Notes: generated by a model from the sequence alone, not told the origin. DNA of 64,000 bases from an uncultured Kordiimonadaceae bacterium (GCA_963976155.1 CAXBKT010000001.1:1308-65307), one strand, 5' to 3'. Positions 43,744 to 53,692 are shown, counted from the first letter of the stretch. Program-made: numbers and translations.

Positions 43744-43911
43744 ATGAGCTTGAGTGAAGGTGCGAAAAAAAGAAAACTAAAAAAAGTGGTTAAGGGCATA
43801 AAATCCAAACCTACTGCTGCACAGGCACGCGCCAGAGCCAAAGCTAATAGTGTATCAAAATCCAGACAAAGTGAGCACGGCGGCCGGGCTCATAGAAGGC
43901 GCAATGGATAA
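43744..43911 (+). CDS. 55-aa highly basic small protein (not in the ORF track)
   Basis: AAAGGA RBS; MSLSEGAKKRKLKKVVKGIKSKPTAAQARARAKANSVSKSRQSEHGGRAHRRRNG. Confidence 0.6.
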   Translation: MSLSEGAKKRKLKKVVKGIKSKPTAAQARARAKANSVSKSRQSEHGGRAHRRRNG

Positions 43912-44227
43912 CAAACCGGACTTTTTGACGAAATCTTGGTTAAAATTCTCCAAAGCAATTACATCAGCCCTTTCTCAATCCTTATAATATACGGACATCA
44001 CGCAATATTTGAACGTGCATTTATTAAATACTTTATAAATCAAAAATACACTGGCCTCATTTCACTAAATCGCCAATTTATAAATGATTTGAAATACCTT
44101 ATTATCTTTCAGTACTTAATAAAGGCTATGCGCCCTTCTGCGTTGTTAAACCTGCTTTCACCCCCATCTTGACAGAGAGCCCTCTATTCTATAATTTGGT
44201 AATTAGCGAAATAACGAAAAATAGCCT

Positions 44228-44557
44228 ATGTCAGACGTATTTATTGCACTTTCATCACCGATAAGACGCCAAATTCTTGGCATGCTTCAGAAGAAAGACA
44301 TGACGGCCGGGGACATTGCCGACCAGCTAGACGTTGGGAAATCCACCCTGTCCGGACACTTCAACGTCTTGAAGGCAGCAGACCTTGTTTCCACAAGCCG
44401 CAAAGGCACAACCATCACCTACACACTAAACGTGAGTGTGGTGGAAGAAATGCTAACCGCTATCGCAAACCTTTTTGGTAAAGAGGATACACAAAGTGAA
44501 GAAGATGTTCGCCAAACACCAAATTTCCTGGGGCGTTACCGCCCTGACAATTCTTAG
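44228..44557 (+). CDS. ArsR/SdpR-family repressor
   Basis: FIALSSPIRRQIL, STLSGHFNVLKAADLV; its 3' end overlaps the sdpI-like gene by ~55-60 nt. Confidence 0.9.
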   Translation: MSDVFIALSSPIRRQILGMLQKKDMTAGDIADQLDVGKSTLSGHFNVLKAADLVSTSRKGTTITYTLNVSVVEEMLTAIANLFGKEDTQSEEDVRQTPNFLGRYRPDNS

Positions 44558-45152
44558 CGGTATCATTGCGCTAACTCTCACAGACGGCGATGTGCGCATT
44601 CCAACCCACTGGAATGCAGCAGGTGACGTTGACGGCACCTCATCACCGCTTGTTGGGTTTTTCGTGATGCCTTTGGTACAGCTCTTTACCATTCTCCTGC
44701 TGAGCAACTTGCATCTGCTTGAGCCAAGAAAAGAGCATCTGGAAAAATCGCAAGGCCTACTTTTTATCGTCATCCTTGGGTGTAGCGTTTTGTTTGCTGC
44801 TATACAGGGCCAAATCATCGCCGTCAGCTTCGGTCATGACGGTAACAGCTCAATCATCTTTGTCGGCGTAGGCATATTGATTGCCCTCATCGGGAACTAT
44901 ATGGGGAAACTGCAATCCACCTTCACGGTCGGTATCCGCACGCCTTGGACACTATCAAGCGAGCACATATGGCGCAAAACACACCGGTTAGGCGGCAAAC
45001 TATTACTGGCGTCAGGTATCGCCACTACTGCAGGAGCTCTCCTCCTTAGTCCTGAACTTCAAATCCAAATTATGCTCGCCACCATCTTGCCTGCGGCTGT
45101 CATTCCTATCATCTACTCGTGGGTATTATGGCGCAAGGAACAAAGTAATTAA
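44496..45152 (+). CDS. SdpI-family membrane protein (DUF1648 + SdpI)
   Basis: IPTHWNAAGDVDG, GIRTPWTLSSEHIWRKTHRLGG; GTG 44496 or ATG 44505 start. Confidence 0.9.
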   Translation: MKKMFAKHQISWGVTALTILSGIIALTLTDGDVRIPTHWNAAGDVDGTSSPLVGFFVMPLVQLFTILLLSNLHLLEPRKEHLEKSQGLLFIVILGCSVLFAAIQGQIIAVSFGHDGNSSIIFVGVGILIALIGNYMGKLQSTFTVGIRTPWTLSSEHIWRKTHRLGGKLLLASGIATTAGALLLSPELQIQIMLATILPAAVIPIIYSWVLWRKEQSN

Positions 45153-45160
45153 TCGTTTAT

Positions 45161-45197
45161 ATCGATTATAATTATTAATTTAAATTATTGGATCGAT
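45161..45197. promoter_or_regulatory. Candidate OxyR-type site upstream of dps
   Basis: ATCG-N7-TTAT-N7-AATT-N7-CGAT has the exact ATAG-N7-CTAT-N7-ATAG-N7-CTAT spacing. Confidence 0.55.
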
Positions 45198-45247
45198 TTT
45201 AAAATATCCGCCATATAAGGGGCAGCAAACAAAAAGAGGATACCCTA

Positions 45248-45709
45248 ATGGCACATACAATTGACACAGAAACACAGACCAAAATTGCAAACACCTTAAA
45301 ACCAATTCTGGCTGAAACGTTCCAGCTTTATCTGCTGACGCAGAATGTTCACTGGAATGTGGTCGGCCCCTTGTTTCAAGGTGTACATACGCTCACTGAG
45401 GAGCAATATACAGAATTGGCACCTGCTGTGGACGAGATTGCGGAACGTATCCGTGTGCTCGGTGAAAAAGCCCCCGGCAGCATGAAAGCCTATGCGGCAC
45501 TCGGCTCAATTGAGGACGGCGATGAAAACGCACCAGCAGAGACAATGGTAAAAGCCTTGTCCGCAGCTCACAGTCTACTTGCAAGTCATATTCGCCCTGC
45601 GATTACTCTTGCCGCAGAAGCTGGGGATGAAGTAACCGCGGGCCTCTTGACTGACAGGTTAACCACCCATGAAAAAGCCCAGTGGATGCTGAACGCTATT
45701 GTTGCATAA
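45248..45709 (+). CDS. dps: Dps ferritin-like protein
   Basis: HWNVVG, HTLTEEQY, DEIAERIR, HEKAQWML. Confidence 0.95.
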   Translation: MAHTIDTETQTKIANTLKPILAETFQLYLLTQNVHWNVVGPLFQGVHTLTEEQYTELAPAVDEIAERIRVLGEKAPGSMKAYAALGSIEDGDENAPAETMVKALSAAHSLLASHIRPAITLAAEAGDEVTAGLLTDRLTTHEKAQWMLNAIVA

Positions 45710-45719
45710 AAAAATTTCT

Positions 45720-45750
45720 TGTGTGGCCAACCTACTCGGTTAGCCACACA
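45720..45750 (+). terminator. Hairpin after dps (probable terminator)
   Basis: GTGTGGCCAACC-TACTC-GGTTAGCCACAC; weak U-tract. Confidence 0.5.
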
Positions 45751-45842
45751 CCTCCAATGCCCAGATCACATTTCAGTAACCTACTCGACTGCGGCCTTTA
45801 GTTCGCTTGCAGCTCCCAATTTTACATGCTAGAAGCCCGTAT

Positions 45843-45860
45843 AGTAAGAATCGCTCGCAA
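45843..45860. promoter_or_regulatory. Candidate Fur-type iron box upstream of feoA
   Basis: AGTAAGAATCGCTCGCAA (reverse TTGCGAGCGATTCTTACT) resembles alphaproteobacterial TGCGA-N-TCGCA iron boxes. Confidence 0.45.
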
Positions 45861-45874
45861 AAACAGGGCAGCAA

Positions 45875-46129
45875 ATGAACGCCATATCAGACACCCTTGT
45901 ATCCTTGGGCTCTTTAGCACCCGGATCATCCGGCAAAGTTTCTATGTTTGACGAAACGGATCCCGAAATGGTGGACCGCCTTCGCGAAATAGGATTCGCG
46001 GAAGGTCTTGATATTGAGCTTCTGCATCAAAGCCCTTTTGGTGGTGACCCAATCGCTGTGCGTATTGATGTCATGACCGTTGCACTCCGCCGCGAACAAG
46101 CAAATTTGATTAAGGTACAGATTGTATGA
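45875..46129 (+). CDS. feoA: Ferrous iron transport protein A
   Basis: RLREIGF, SPFGGDPIAVRI, ALRREQA. Confidence 0.93.
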   Translation: MNAISDTLVSLGSLAPGSSGKVSMFDETDPEMVDRLREIGFAEGLDIELLHQSPFGGDPIAVRIDVMTVALRREQANLIKVQIV

Positions 46130-47961
46130 CTGCTGTGTCTTTAGTTGCGGTTGTTGGAAATCCCAACTGCGGAAAGTCCGCGTTATTTAATGCCCTAACA
46201 GGCCTCCGCCAAAAAGTAGCTAACTATCCCGGCGCAACTGTTGAGCGGCGCTCTGGCCCTCTGCTTGGGAATACCGATGTTGAGTTAATTGACTTACCGG
46301 GCTCTTACAGCCTTACACCACGTAGCCCTGATGAAGAAGTAACATACCAAGTGTTATCAGGCACTCATGATATCGAGCAAAAGCCGCACGCGATACTTTG
46401 CGTTATAGATGCCACCAAACTACCACAACACCTTCGCTTTGTTATTGAGCTTAAAAACCTCGGCCTACCGATGGTTATTGCCCTCAACATGGTTGATTTA
46501 GCTGCGCGTGAACGCATCGCAATCGATGTAAAAGCGTTATCAGACAAACTAGGCGTACCAGTCATTGAAACCGTAGCAGTTCGCAAAAAAGGCCTTGTTG
46601 AATTAACCAAAGAAGTACTGGCATCTTTTGACCGGACACCAACTCGGGCCGTTGATTTTGGTGACACCGTAAAACAGCGCCAAAAATCAGCACGTAAAAT
46701 TGCCTCCGACGTAATGATGTCTGAAGGAATTGGCCACAAAACCACACGGGTTTTAGATCAATTTTTGCTCAACCCTATTATCGGCCCAGTCATACTATTT
46801 TCTCTGCTCTTCACCATTTTTCAGGCTGTCTTTGCATGGGCAGAAGCTCCGATGGAAGCTATTGATAGCGGCGTCGGGGCCTTACAGGGATATTTTTCAA
46901 GCATCTTAAATGAAGGCCTGCTGCTGAGTTTCTTGAACGACGGCATCCTCGCAGGTGTAGGTGCCGTCATTGTATTCCTACCTCAGATTCTAATTCTATT
47001 TCTCTGTATACTTATATTAGAATCAACAGGCTACATGGCACGAGCCGCCTTCTTAATGGATAAATTAATGGCCTCTGTAGGCCTAAATGGCCGTGCCTTT
47101 ATCCCGCTATTGTCCAGCTTCGCCTGCGCAATCCCCGGCATCATGGCCGCGCGCTCCATTGCGAATGAAAAAGATCGCCTAACAACCATTCTCATTGCCC
47201 CTTTGATGACATGCTCTGCACGTCTGCCAGTATATACTGTGATCATTGCAGCCTTTATTCCAAACACGACGATTGGAGGTTTCGGGCTACAAGGCTTAGT
47301 TATGTTTGGCCTTTATATCTCAGGCATTCTTGCAGCGCTGATCGCTGCAGCCATTCTAAAAAGAACACTCACCCAAGGCCCTTCAGATACATTTATGCTT
47401 GAACTACCCAAGTACCAAGCCCCTAACCTGCAGTATTTGGTATCCGGTCTTTATGAACGCGCAAGTGTCTTCCTCCGCCGTGCTGGTACTATCATTCTTG
47501 TTTCAACTGTAATTTTGTGGGTATTAGCACAGTACCCCATTGCACCGGTGGGTGCAGATAAACCAGCTGTCGCTTATAGTTTCGTGGGCATTATTGGAGG
47601 CTGGCTTGAAGTTATCTTTGCACCAATTGGCTTTAACTGGGAAATATCCGCCGCACTCGTGCCCGGCATGGCTGCCCGCGAAATTGCCATTGCGGCCCTA
47701 GGAACAGTTTACTCGCTGTCAGGTAGTGAGGAAATGATTGAAGCAGGTCTTGTTGGCATGTTAAATTCAGCGTGGTCACTACCCACCGCTCTCTCGTTTC
47801 TAACCTGGTTTATTTTCGCCCCTCAGTGCTTATCCACAATCGCTGTCACACGCCGTGAAACTGGTGGATGGAAATGGCCAATGATCATGGTCGGCTATTT
47901 GTTTGCCCTTGCCTATATTGCGTCGTTTATCGTCTACCAGACCGCGAGTGCGCTTTTATAG
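46126..47961 (+). CDS. feoB: Ferrous iron transporter B
   Basis: GNPNCGKS, NYPGATVE, DLPG, NMVD, PFMTCSARLP-like PLMTCSARLP. Confidence 0.96.
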   Translation: MTAVSLVAVVGNPNCGKSALFNALTGLRQKVANYPGATVERRSGPLLGNTDVELIDLPGSYSLTPRSPDEEVTYQVLSGTHDIEQKPHAILCVIDATKLPQHLRFVIELKNLGLPMVIALNMVDLAARERIAIDVKALSDKLGVPVIETVAVRKKGLVELTKEVLASFDRTPTRAVDFGDTVKQRQKSARKIASDVMMSEGIGHKTTRVLDQFLLNPIIGPVILFSLLFTIFQAVFAWAEAPMEAIDSGVGALQGYFSSILNEGLLLSFLNDGILAGVGAVIVFLPQILILFLCILILESTGYMARAAFLMDKLMASVGLNGRAFIPLLSSFACAIPGIMAARSIANEKDRLTTILIAPLMTCSARLPVYTVIIAAFIPNTTIGGFGLQGLVMFGLYISGILAALIAAAILKRTLTQGPSDTFMLELPKYQAPNLQYLVSGLYERASVFLRRAGTIILVSTVILWVLAQYPIAPVGADKPAVAYSFVGIIGGWLEVIFAPIGFNWEISAALVPGMAAREIAIAALGTVYSLSGSEEMIEAGLVGMLNSAWSLPTALSFLTWFIFAPQCLSTIAVTRRETGGWKWPMIMVGYLFALAYIASFIVYQTASALL

Positions 47962-48058
47962 AAGACAAAACTTTAAGCTGGTTCGATAACCTTGCCGAGC
48001 CCCTTTATATTCGCTACAACCCTAGTAATTCATAATTTGATCATAGGGGGATTTATCC

Positions 48059-49273
48059 GTGAAACATTTCATCACTGGGGTATCACTATTCGCACTTGCG
48101 GCCTGCGGAGAGCAAGCAACTCAACAAACAGATACAGCTGTTGACTATGCGGCTGATGCAAAGCGTATAGCTACCGAAACAATCGTAGTAGATACGCATA
48201 TTGATGTACCATACCGCCTTGGTATGGGTTGGGAAGACGTATCACAAGCAACTGAAACTGGGGATTTTGATTACCCTCGTGCCGTTGCAGGTGGCCTTAA
48301 CGCGCCTTTCATGTCTATTTACACACCAGCGGAATTTGATGGTACTCCCAAAGCCAAAGAACATGCTGAAGAAATGATCGCTATCGTCGAGCGTATGGTA
48401 TCCACAGCACCTGAAAAATTTGTTATCGCAAAATCAACTGCAGACGTGGAAGCCGCTTATGCAGCAGGCAAGATTGCTCTACCGCTAGGCATGGAAAATG
48501 GCTCGCCAATCCTTGATGACCTTGCGAACCTCGATTATTTCTATGAGCGCGGCATTCGCTACATCACACTTGCCCATTCAAAAGCCAATGGCATTTCCGA
48601 CAGCTCTTATGACCCTGAGCGCAAATGGAGTGGCCTTTCTGAATTCGGGAAAACTGTAGTAACGCGCATGAACGAACTCGGCATCATGGTTGATATCAGC
48701 CATGTATCGGATGAAGCATTCTGGCAAGCACTTGAACTAAGTGCTGTACCGCCCATAGCTTCACATTCATCAGCTCGTCATTTCACACCCGGCTTTGAAC
48801 GCAACATGGCAGACGATATGATCAAAGCGCTTGGTGAAAAGGGCGGTGTGATCATGATCAACTACGGCTCATCTTTCTTAACTGCTGAAGCAAACGGCTG
48901 GCGTGGAAACCGCGCAGCGGCATATGAAAAGCATCTCGCTGATAACAGCCTCGAAGCATCAGATGAAGTAGAAGGCGCTTTCAACACAGCCTATGCTGTA
49001 ACAAATCCTTACCCATATGCAGATATTAGTGATGTTCTTGATCATATTGACCATTCTGTGAAGCTAGCTGGTATCGACGGTGTTGGTATTGGTTCAGACT
49101 ATGACGGTGTTGGTGATACCCTTCCTACTGGCCTTAAGGATGTTTCTTCCTATGCCCCTCTTGTAGAAGGCCTTCTCAAGCGCGGATACAGCGAAGCTGA
49201 CATCAAAAAAATACTATCCGAAAACCTTATGCGTGTATGGCGTGCTGTTGAAGTTTACGCCGAAAACAACTAA
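48059..49273 (+). CDS. M19 membrane dipeptidase, lipoprotein
   Basis: Lipobox LAAC, VDTHID, GMENG, DISH, SHS, GIGSDYDG. Confidence 0.93.
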   Translation: MKHFITGVSLFALAACGEQATQQTDTAVDYAADAKRIATETIVVDTHIDVPYRLGMGWEDVSQATETGDFDYPRAVAGGLNAPFMSIYTPAEFDGTPKAKEHAEEMIAIVERMVSTAPEKFVIAKSTADVEAAYAAGKIALPLGMENGSPILDDLANLDYFYERGIRYITLAHSKANGISDSSYDPERKWSGLSEFGKTVVTRMNELGIMVDISHVSDEAFWQALELSAVPPIASHSSARHFTPGFERNMADDMIKALGEKGGVIMINYGSSFLTAEANGWRGNRAAAYEKHLADNSLEASDEVEGAFNTAYAVTNPYPYADISDVLDHIDHSVKLAGIDGVGIGSDYDGVGDTLPTGLKDVSSYAPLVEGLLKRGYSEADIKKILSENLMRVWRAVEVYAENN

Positions 49274-49291
49274 TATTTGACTATTACTTAC

Positions 49292-49319
49292 TAGGCTCCA
49301 CCTCAAACGGGGCCTAGTA
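49292..49319 (+). terminator. Hairpin after the dipeptidase gene
   Basis: CTAGGCTCC-N9-GGGGCCTAG. Confidence 0.45.
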
Positions 49320-49391
49320 AGCTTCACTTGAGATAGACATTCTGTTGCACACTGTGCACAGTGCAGGTTCATGGCTGATCGGGGACAGTAT

Positions 49392-50399
49392 ATGACCAAT
49401 GCAAACTTCAAACGCTTTTTTGACGAAGTAATCGTACCTGCACAAACTTCAACTAAGGAATCTTTCAAAAAAGTACCAGTACCAGACGGCGTCAGCGACG
49501 AGGCCAAACTCTTTATCATGGGCGACAAAGGCCCTACCCCACCAGTTGATGTATTTGATAAGGCACAGCGTACAGTGGTGCGCACTTTTATAAATTCTAT
49601 GTGGCATTCGGCAGAACAGCATTTAGATATTGAACACACTGCCCGCCATGAACCAATTGCAGGTGTTTCTTGCAAAGTTTTCACCCCCAAACAGCTTGAA
49701 AATAAAAAGCAGAAACTTCTTTACCTACACGGCGGTGCATACTGGCTTGGCTCAGCCGAAGCAAATTCGAGTATTGCCATCAGCATGGCCGATAAAAGCG
49801 GTCTGGAAGTTATCTCCGTCGATTACCGCTTAGCACCCGAACACCCCTACCCTGCAGCACTAGAGGATACAATCGCTGTCTATAAAGCTATACTCGCTAG
49901 CGGTACTGCACCCCGAAACATTGCAATAATTGGCGATTCTGCAGGAGGCGGCCTTGCCCTTGCCTCTGTTATCAACATCATCAGCCAAGGCCTACCAAAG
50001 CCCGCTGCTACAGGCCTAATCGCGCCTTGGGCTGACCTCACGTTCAGCGGAGATAGCCATAAAATAAACAATATGTATGCAGATAGCCGACTGAGCGTTG
50101 AAGGCCTCCAAGGGCCTGCAAAGGCCTATGCAGGGAACCTCGCCCTTTCAGATCCTAATGTCAGCCCTTTATTCGCTGACCTGAGAGGCTTACCACCTAC
50201 TCTCATTCAAGTTGGCAGCCGCGAAATCCTGCTTTCTGACGCCACAAGACTAACCAAACGGGCGCAGGAAGCAGGCGTTGAAGTTACCCTTAATGTTTTT
50301 GAGGCTATGTGGCACGTTTGGCAATTCTACCCACATTTACCGGAAGGTACTCAAGCCCTTCAAGAAATGACAACTTTTCTAAAAAACCACATGGCTTAG
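49392..50399 (+). CDS. HSL-family alpha/beta hydrolase (esterase/lactonase)
   Basis: HGGAY, DYRLAPEHPYPA, GDSAGG, HVW. Confidence 0.93.
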   Translation: MTNANFKRFFDEVIVPAQTSTKESFKKVPVPDGVSDEAKLFIMGDKGPTPPVDVFDKAQRTVVRTFINSMWHSAEQHLDIEHTARHEPIAGVSCKVFTPKQLENKKQKLLYLHGGAYWLGSAEANSSIAISMADKSGLEVISVDYRLAPEHPYPAALEDTIAVYKAILASGTAPRNIAIIGDSAGGGLALASVINIISQGLPKPAATGLIAPWADLTFSGDSHKINNMYADSRLSVEGLQGPAKAYAGNLALSDPNVSPLFADLRGLPPTLIQVGSREILLSDATRLTKRAQEAGVEVTLNVFEAMWHVWQFYPHLPEGTQALQEMTTFLKNHMA

Positions 50400-50422
50400 A
50401 CTGACATCCCATTATCACAGGC

Positions 50423-50462
50423 AAAAAAGAAGCTGACCGTTTGCAATGGCCAGCTTCTTTTT
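50423..50462. terminator. Bidirectional intrinsic terminator
   Basis: AAAAAAGAAGCTG...CAGCTTCTTTTT between convergent genes. Confidence 0.8.
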
Positions 50463-50479
50463 GTTCATAATACCAAAAC

Positions 50480-51913
50480 CTACTCGGCAGCGTTGTAACC
50501 CAAAACTGACTTTGTTTCGAGGAAGTCAGCAAATGCATGATCCCCCCACTCGCGGCCATTTCCAGACTGCTTGTAGCCGCCAAAAGGTGCAGAAAGGTCG
50601 CCAGCAGCACCATTAATATAAACCATACCAGTGCGCATTTTAGCAGCTACCTTACGTGCGCGTTCAGGGTCTGAAGAATAAACGGCACCTGATAAGCCAT
50701 AAGGACTATCATTTGCAATACGAATAGCTTCATCCTCGTCTTTGTACCCAATGATAGAAAGTACTGGTCCAAAAATTTCCTCTCGCGCAATAGTCATTTC
50801 GTGAGTTACATCCGCGAATACAGTCGGCTTCACAAAATATCCGTCGCCAACACCTTCAGGTTTACCTGGGCCACCAGCAACAAGACGAGCACCTTCATCA
50901 ACACCAACCTGAATAAGGCTTGATACCTTTTCATACTGTGTACTGTTCGATAGGGGCCCCATCGTCGTAGCCTCCTTAATCGGATCACCTGTTACAACTT
51001 TCGCTGCTGCAGTAGCTGCAATTTCTGCAGCTTCATCCATCCGGCTTACAGGGACTAACATACGGCTTAACAGCGTGCAGGTCTGCCCTGTGTTCCGCAT
51101 CGCAGAAAGAGTTTCACGTTTCACAACAGATGCAAAATCAGCATCATCCAAGATAATATTTGCTGATTTTCCACCAAGTTCCTGTACTACCCGTTTAATT
51201 GTTGGAGCAGATGCTTCTTGCACCGCGGCACCCATCCGGGTCGAGCCTGTCACTGACATCATATCCACATCTGGGTGGCGTGATATCGCTTCCCCCACGG
51301 GCACACCTTCGCCGTAAACGACATTGTAAACACCCGCGGGCACACCTGCGGCATGCATAATTTCGGTAAAAAGCTGACAACTGTAGGGCGCGACTTCACT
51401 TGGCTTTAATACCATAGTGCAACCCGTTGCAATCGCAGGCCCAACCTTACAAGCGATTTGATTAATCGGCCAATTCCACGGCGTAATCATACCAACTACA
51501 CCGATAGGCTCTTTCACAATCCGCGTTGTGCCTCGATCTTCATAAAATGCGTAATTTTTTAGAACTTTGGAGGCTGTAATAAGATGCCCGAGCCCAGACG
51601 GTGCATGCGCGCTCGCAGCCAGCCCTACTGGTGCGCCCATTTCCTCTGTGATCACGGCGGCCATTTCTGGCATGCGTTTCTTATATTCTTCAATGATGGC
51701 ACTCAGAAGTTCAAGGCGCTCTTCAACACTCGAGAAACCGAAAGTTTCAAATGCCTTTTTTGCGGCAGCCACTGCCAAATCAACCTCAGCGCCTGTACCA
51801 AGTATCATTTCACCAGATTTTTTCTCTGTGGCCGGATTAATGATATCACGCAGTGTTGCGCCAGGCACTTCAACCCAACTACCGTCAATATAATGTCTAT
51901 GAAGTTCGCGCAT
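50480..51913 (-). CDS. Aldehyde dehydrogenase
   Basis: ITPWNWP, KPSE, QELGGKS, NTGQTC, EEIFGP. Confidence 0.95.
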   Translation of the reverse strand: MRELHRHYIDGSWVEVPGATLRDIINPATEKKSGEMILGTGAEVDLAVAAAKKAFETFGFSSVEERLELLSAIIEEYKKRMPEMAAVITEEMGAPVGLAASAHAPSGLGHLITASKVLKNYAFYEDRGTTRIVKEPIGVVGMITPWNWPINQIACKVGPAIATGCTMVLKPSEVAPYSCQLFTEIMHAAGVPAGVYNVVYGEGVPVGEAISRHPDVDMMSVTGSTRMGAAVQEASAPTIKRVVQELGGKSANIILDDADFASVVKRETLSAMRNTGQTCTLLSRMLVPVSRMDEAAEIAATAAAKVVTGDPIKEATTMGPLSNSTQYEKVSSLIQVGVDEGARLVAGGPGKPEGVGDGYFVKPTVFADVTHEMTIAREEIFGPVLSIIGYKDEDEAIRIANDSPYGLSGAVYSSDPERARKVAAKMRTGMVYINGAAGDLSAPFGGYKQSGNGREWGDHAFADFLETKSVLGYNAAE

Positions 51914-52034
51914 TCTGGTCTCCTGATACAAACACTAAGTTATTTCCAATTAAGCTTCTTTACATGATAGTTAACCACCCATCATACAAGGCACTTTTTC
52001 TTGATCATGCAGCATGTAAATCTATAGAAAAGTG

Positions 52035-52862
52035 TCATAAAATGGCATGTTTATCTTTTGTCCGCTTTGCCATGGTGGCACGCCAGTAATTTGGCACCCA
52101 ACGACTTAATTTGTCGATCAGCCGGGCATCCTTACCCACCAAAATTTTGAACTTGCCCTTGTCGACACCATGTAGAATAATTTCGGCAGCCTCTTTAGCG
52201 CTGGTCACTGCCATTCCCTTAAAACGCTGCTGCATTTTCTCAACGTCAATTGCTCCTGCAGTGTTGTTTTTCTGAAGTCCGTTCAAAACAATCCCTGTAT
52301 CTACACCTCCCGGATGCACGCTATGTATCTGCACACCTGTTCCTTGAAGCTCATAGTAAAGAGATTCATTAAACCCTTTCACTGCATGTTTTGCTGCACA
52401 ATAAGCAGCTTGAGCAGGTATCCCAACAAGCCCAAACAAGCTTGAAATATTCACAATATGGCCCGACTGACGTTCCAACATATACGGCAGAAAAGCCTTG
52501 GTGCCATGTACCACACCCCAAAAATTAATATTCATTAGCCACTCAAAGTCCTGATAATTCATTTTTAAAATGGTGTCGGATAACGAGACTCCAGCATTAT
52601 TAAAAATAATATCAACCGTTCCCATCAGGTCATTGGCTTTTGCGGCCATATCAAACACAGCCTGCTTATCGGACACATCAAGCAAAAACGAATACACCTG
52701 CCCACCACTCGCCTTCAATTCCTCCTCAACAACATCAAGGCGCCCTTGATTATTATCCGTTATGTAAACCGCAACGCCTTTGTCCACGAGCGCATGTGCA
52801 AGAGCACAACCAATCCCTGACCCCGCGCCCGTTATAAATGCCGTCTTAATTGGCTCTTGCAT
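52035..52862 (-). CDS. Short-chain dehydrogenase/reductase
   Basis: TGAGSGIG, NNAG, YCAAK. Confidence 0.93.
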   Translation of the reverse strand: MQEPIKTAFITGAGSGIGCALAHALVDKGVAVYITDNNQGRLDVVEEELKASGGQVYSFLLDVSDKQAVFDMAAKANDLMGTVDIIFNNAGVSLSDTILKMNYQDFEWLMNINFWGVVHGTKAFLPYMLERQSGHIVNISSLFGLVGIPAQAAYCAAKHAVKGFNESLYYELQGTGVQIHSVHPGGVDTGIVLNGLQKNNTAGAIDVEKMQQRFKGMAVTSAKEAAEIILHGVDKGKFKILVGKDARLIDKLSRWVPNYWRATMAKRTKDKHAIL

Positions 52863-53010
52863 TCCATCCCCCTTAATCTATTTATCAATCACAAACCTAG
52901 TTCTTGAGCACTATTTAGATAATGTGTTTGATGTAGTGCCTACAATGGGATAAGCAACTGTATACACTCCCTACTTCTCATTGCTTCAATTGTACTCTGC
53001 TATTGATTAT

Positions 53011-53029
53011 TTTAATGTGTCCCATTAAA
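53011..53029. promoter_or_regulatory. Candidate TetR operator
   Basis: TTTAATG-N5-CATTAAA in the SDR/TetR divergent region. Confidence 0.4.
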
Positions 53030-53068
53030 GGTTAGTTTCGGCCACACGTTCAATAGGGGCAAAATATA

Positions 53069-53692
53069 ATGAGCACTGTTACCGACAGTAAAACCAAAAA
53101 GGCTGAATCTACCCGCATGCTGCTTATTGAGGCCGCTGAGCGCCTTATTGCGGAAAAAGGACTTGCTGACGTTTCGACACGTGAAATTTTGCAGGAAGCT
53201 GGGCAAAGAAATCAATCCGCACTTCAGTATCATTTTGGCTCTAAAAACGGCCTAATTGGCGCAACCATTAACGAACGCACTAGTCAAATTGATGTACACC
53301 GCCAAGAGCTCATAGCTACAATAACTGGAAAACCCACCCTCAGACAAATTATTGAGGTTATGGTTATACCGCTTATTGAGCTTATTCGCATTGATGCTGC
53401 GGGGAAAAACTATCTTATATTTCTTAGCCAAGCGATCACAAGGCCTGATTGGGATCTTAGAAAAGTTATTAAAGACTTCGAGATTACCGGCCTAGGTAAA
53501 GCCTATGAATTTTATGATGCAGAATTGTCCCATTTAGACCCCGAGGAACGGCGGTTGCGTCAAAATATCGGTTTTGATCTCACGATTTTAACCCTCAAGC
53601 GTTGGTGCATGGCAGATCAAACACCCAAACACTCGCTTGAGGAAATTACTGAATTCATAATTAAATCCACGATTGCAGTTGTTTCAGCCTAG
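53069..53692 (+). CDS. TetR/AcrR-family regulator
   Basis: AAERLIAEKG..VSTREI..EAGQRNQSALQYHFGSK. Confidence 0.93.
   Translation: MSTVTDSKTKKAESTRMLLIEAAERLIAEKGLADVSTREILQEAGQRNQSALQYHFGSKNGLIGATINERTSQIDVHRQELIATITGKPTLRQIIEVMVIPLIELIRIDAAGKNYLIFLSQAITRPDWDLRKVIKDFEITGLGKAYEFYDAELSHLDPEERRLRQNIGFDLTILTLKRWCMADQTPKHSLEEITEFIIKSTIAVVSA

Noticed and set aside
43936-44172. 78-aa ORF from the track
   Set aside because: TTG start, AT-rich promoter-like DNA, no protein-like features.
51960-51975. CtrA-like TTAC-N7-TTAAC upstream of the ALDH gene
   Set aside because: One mismatch in AT-rich DNA, and the target is not a cell-cycle-type gene.
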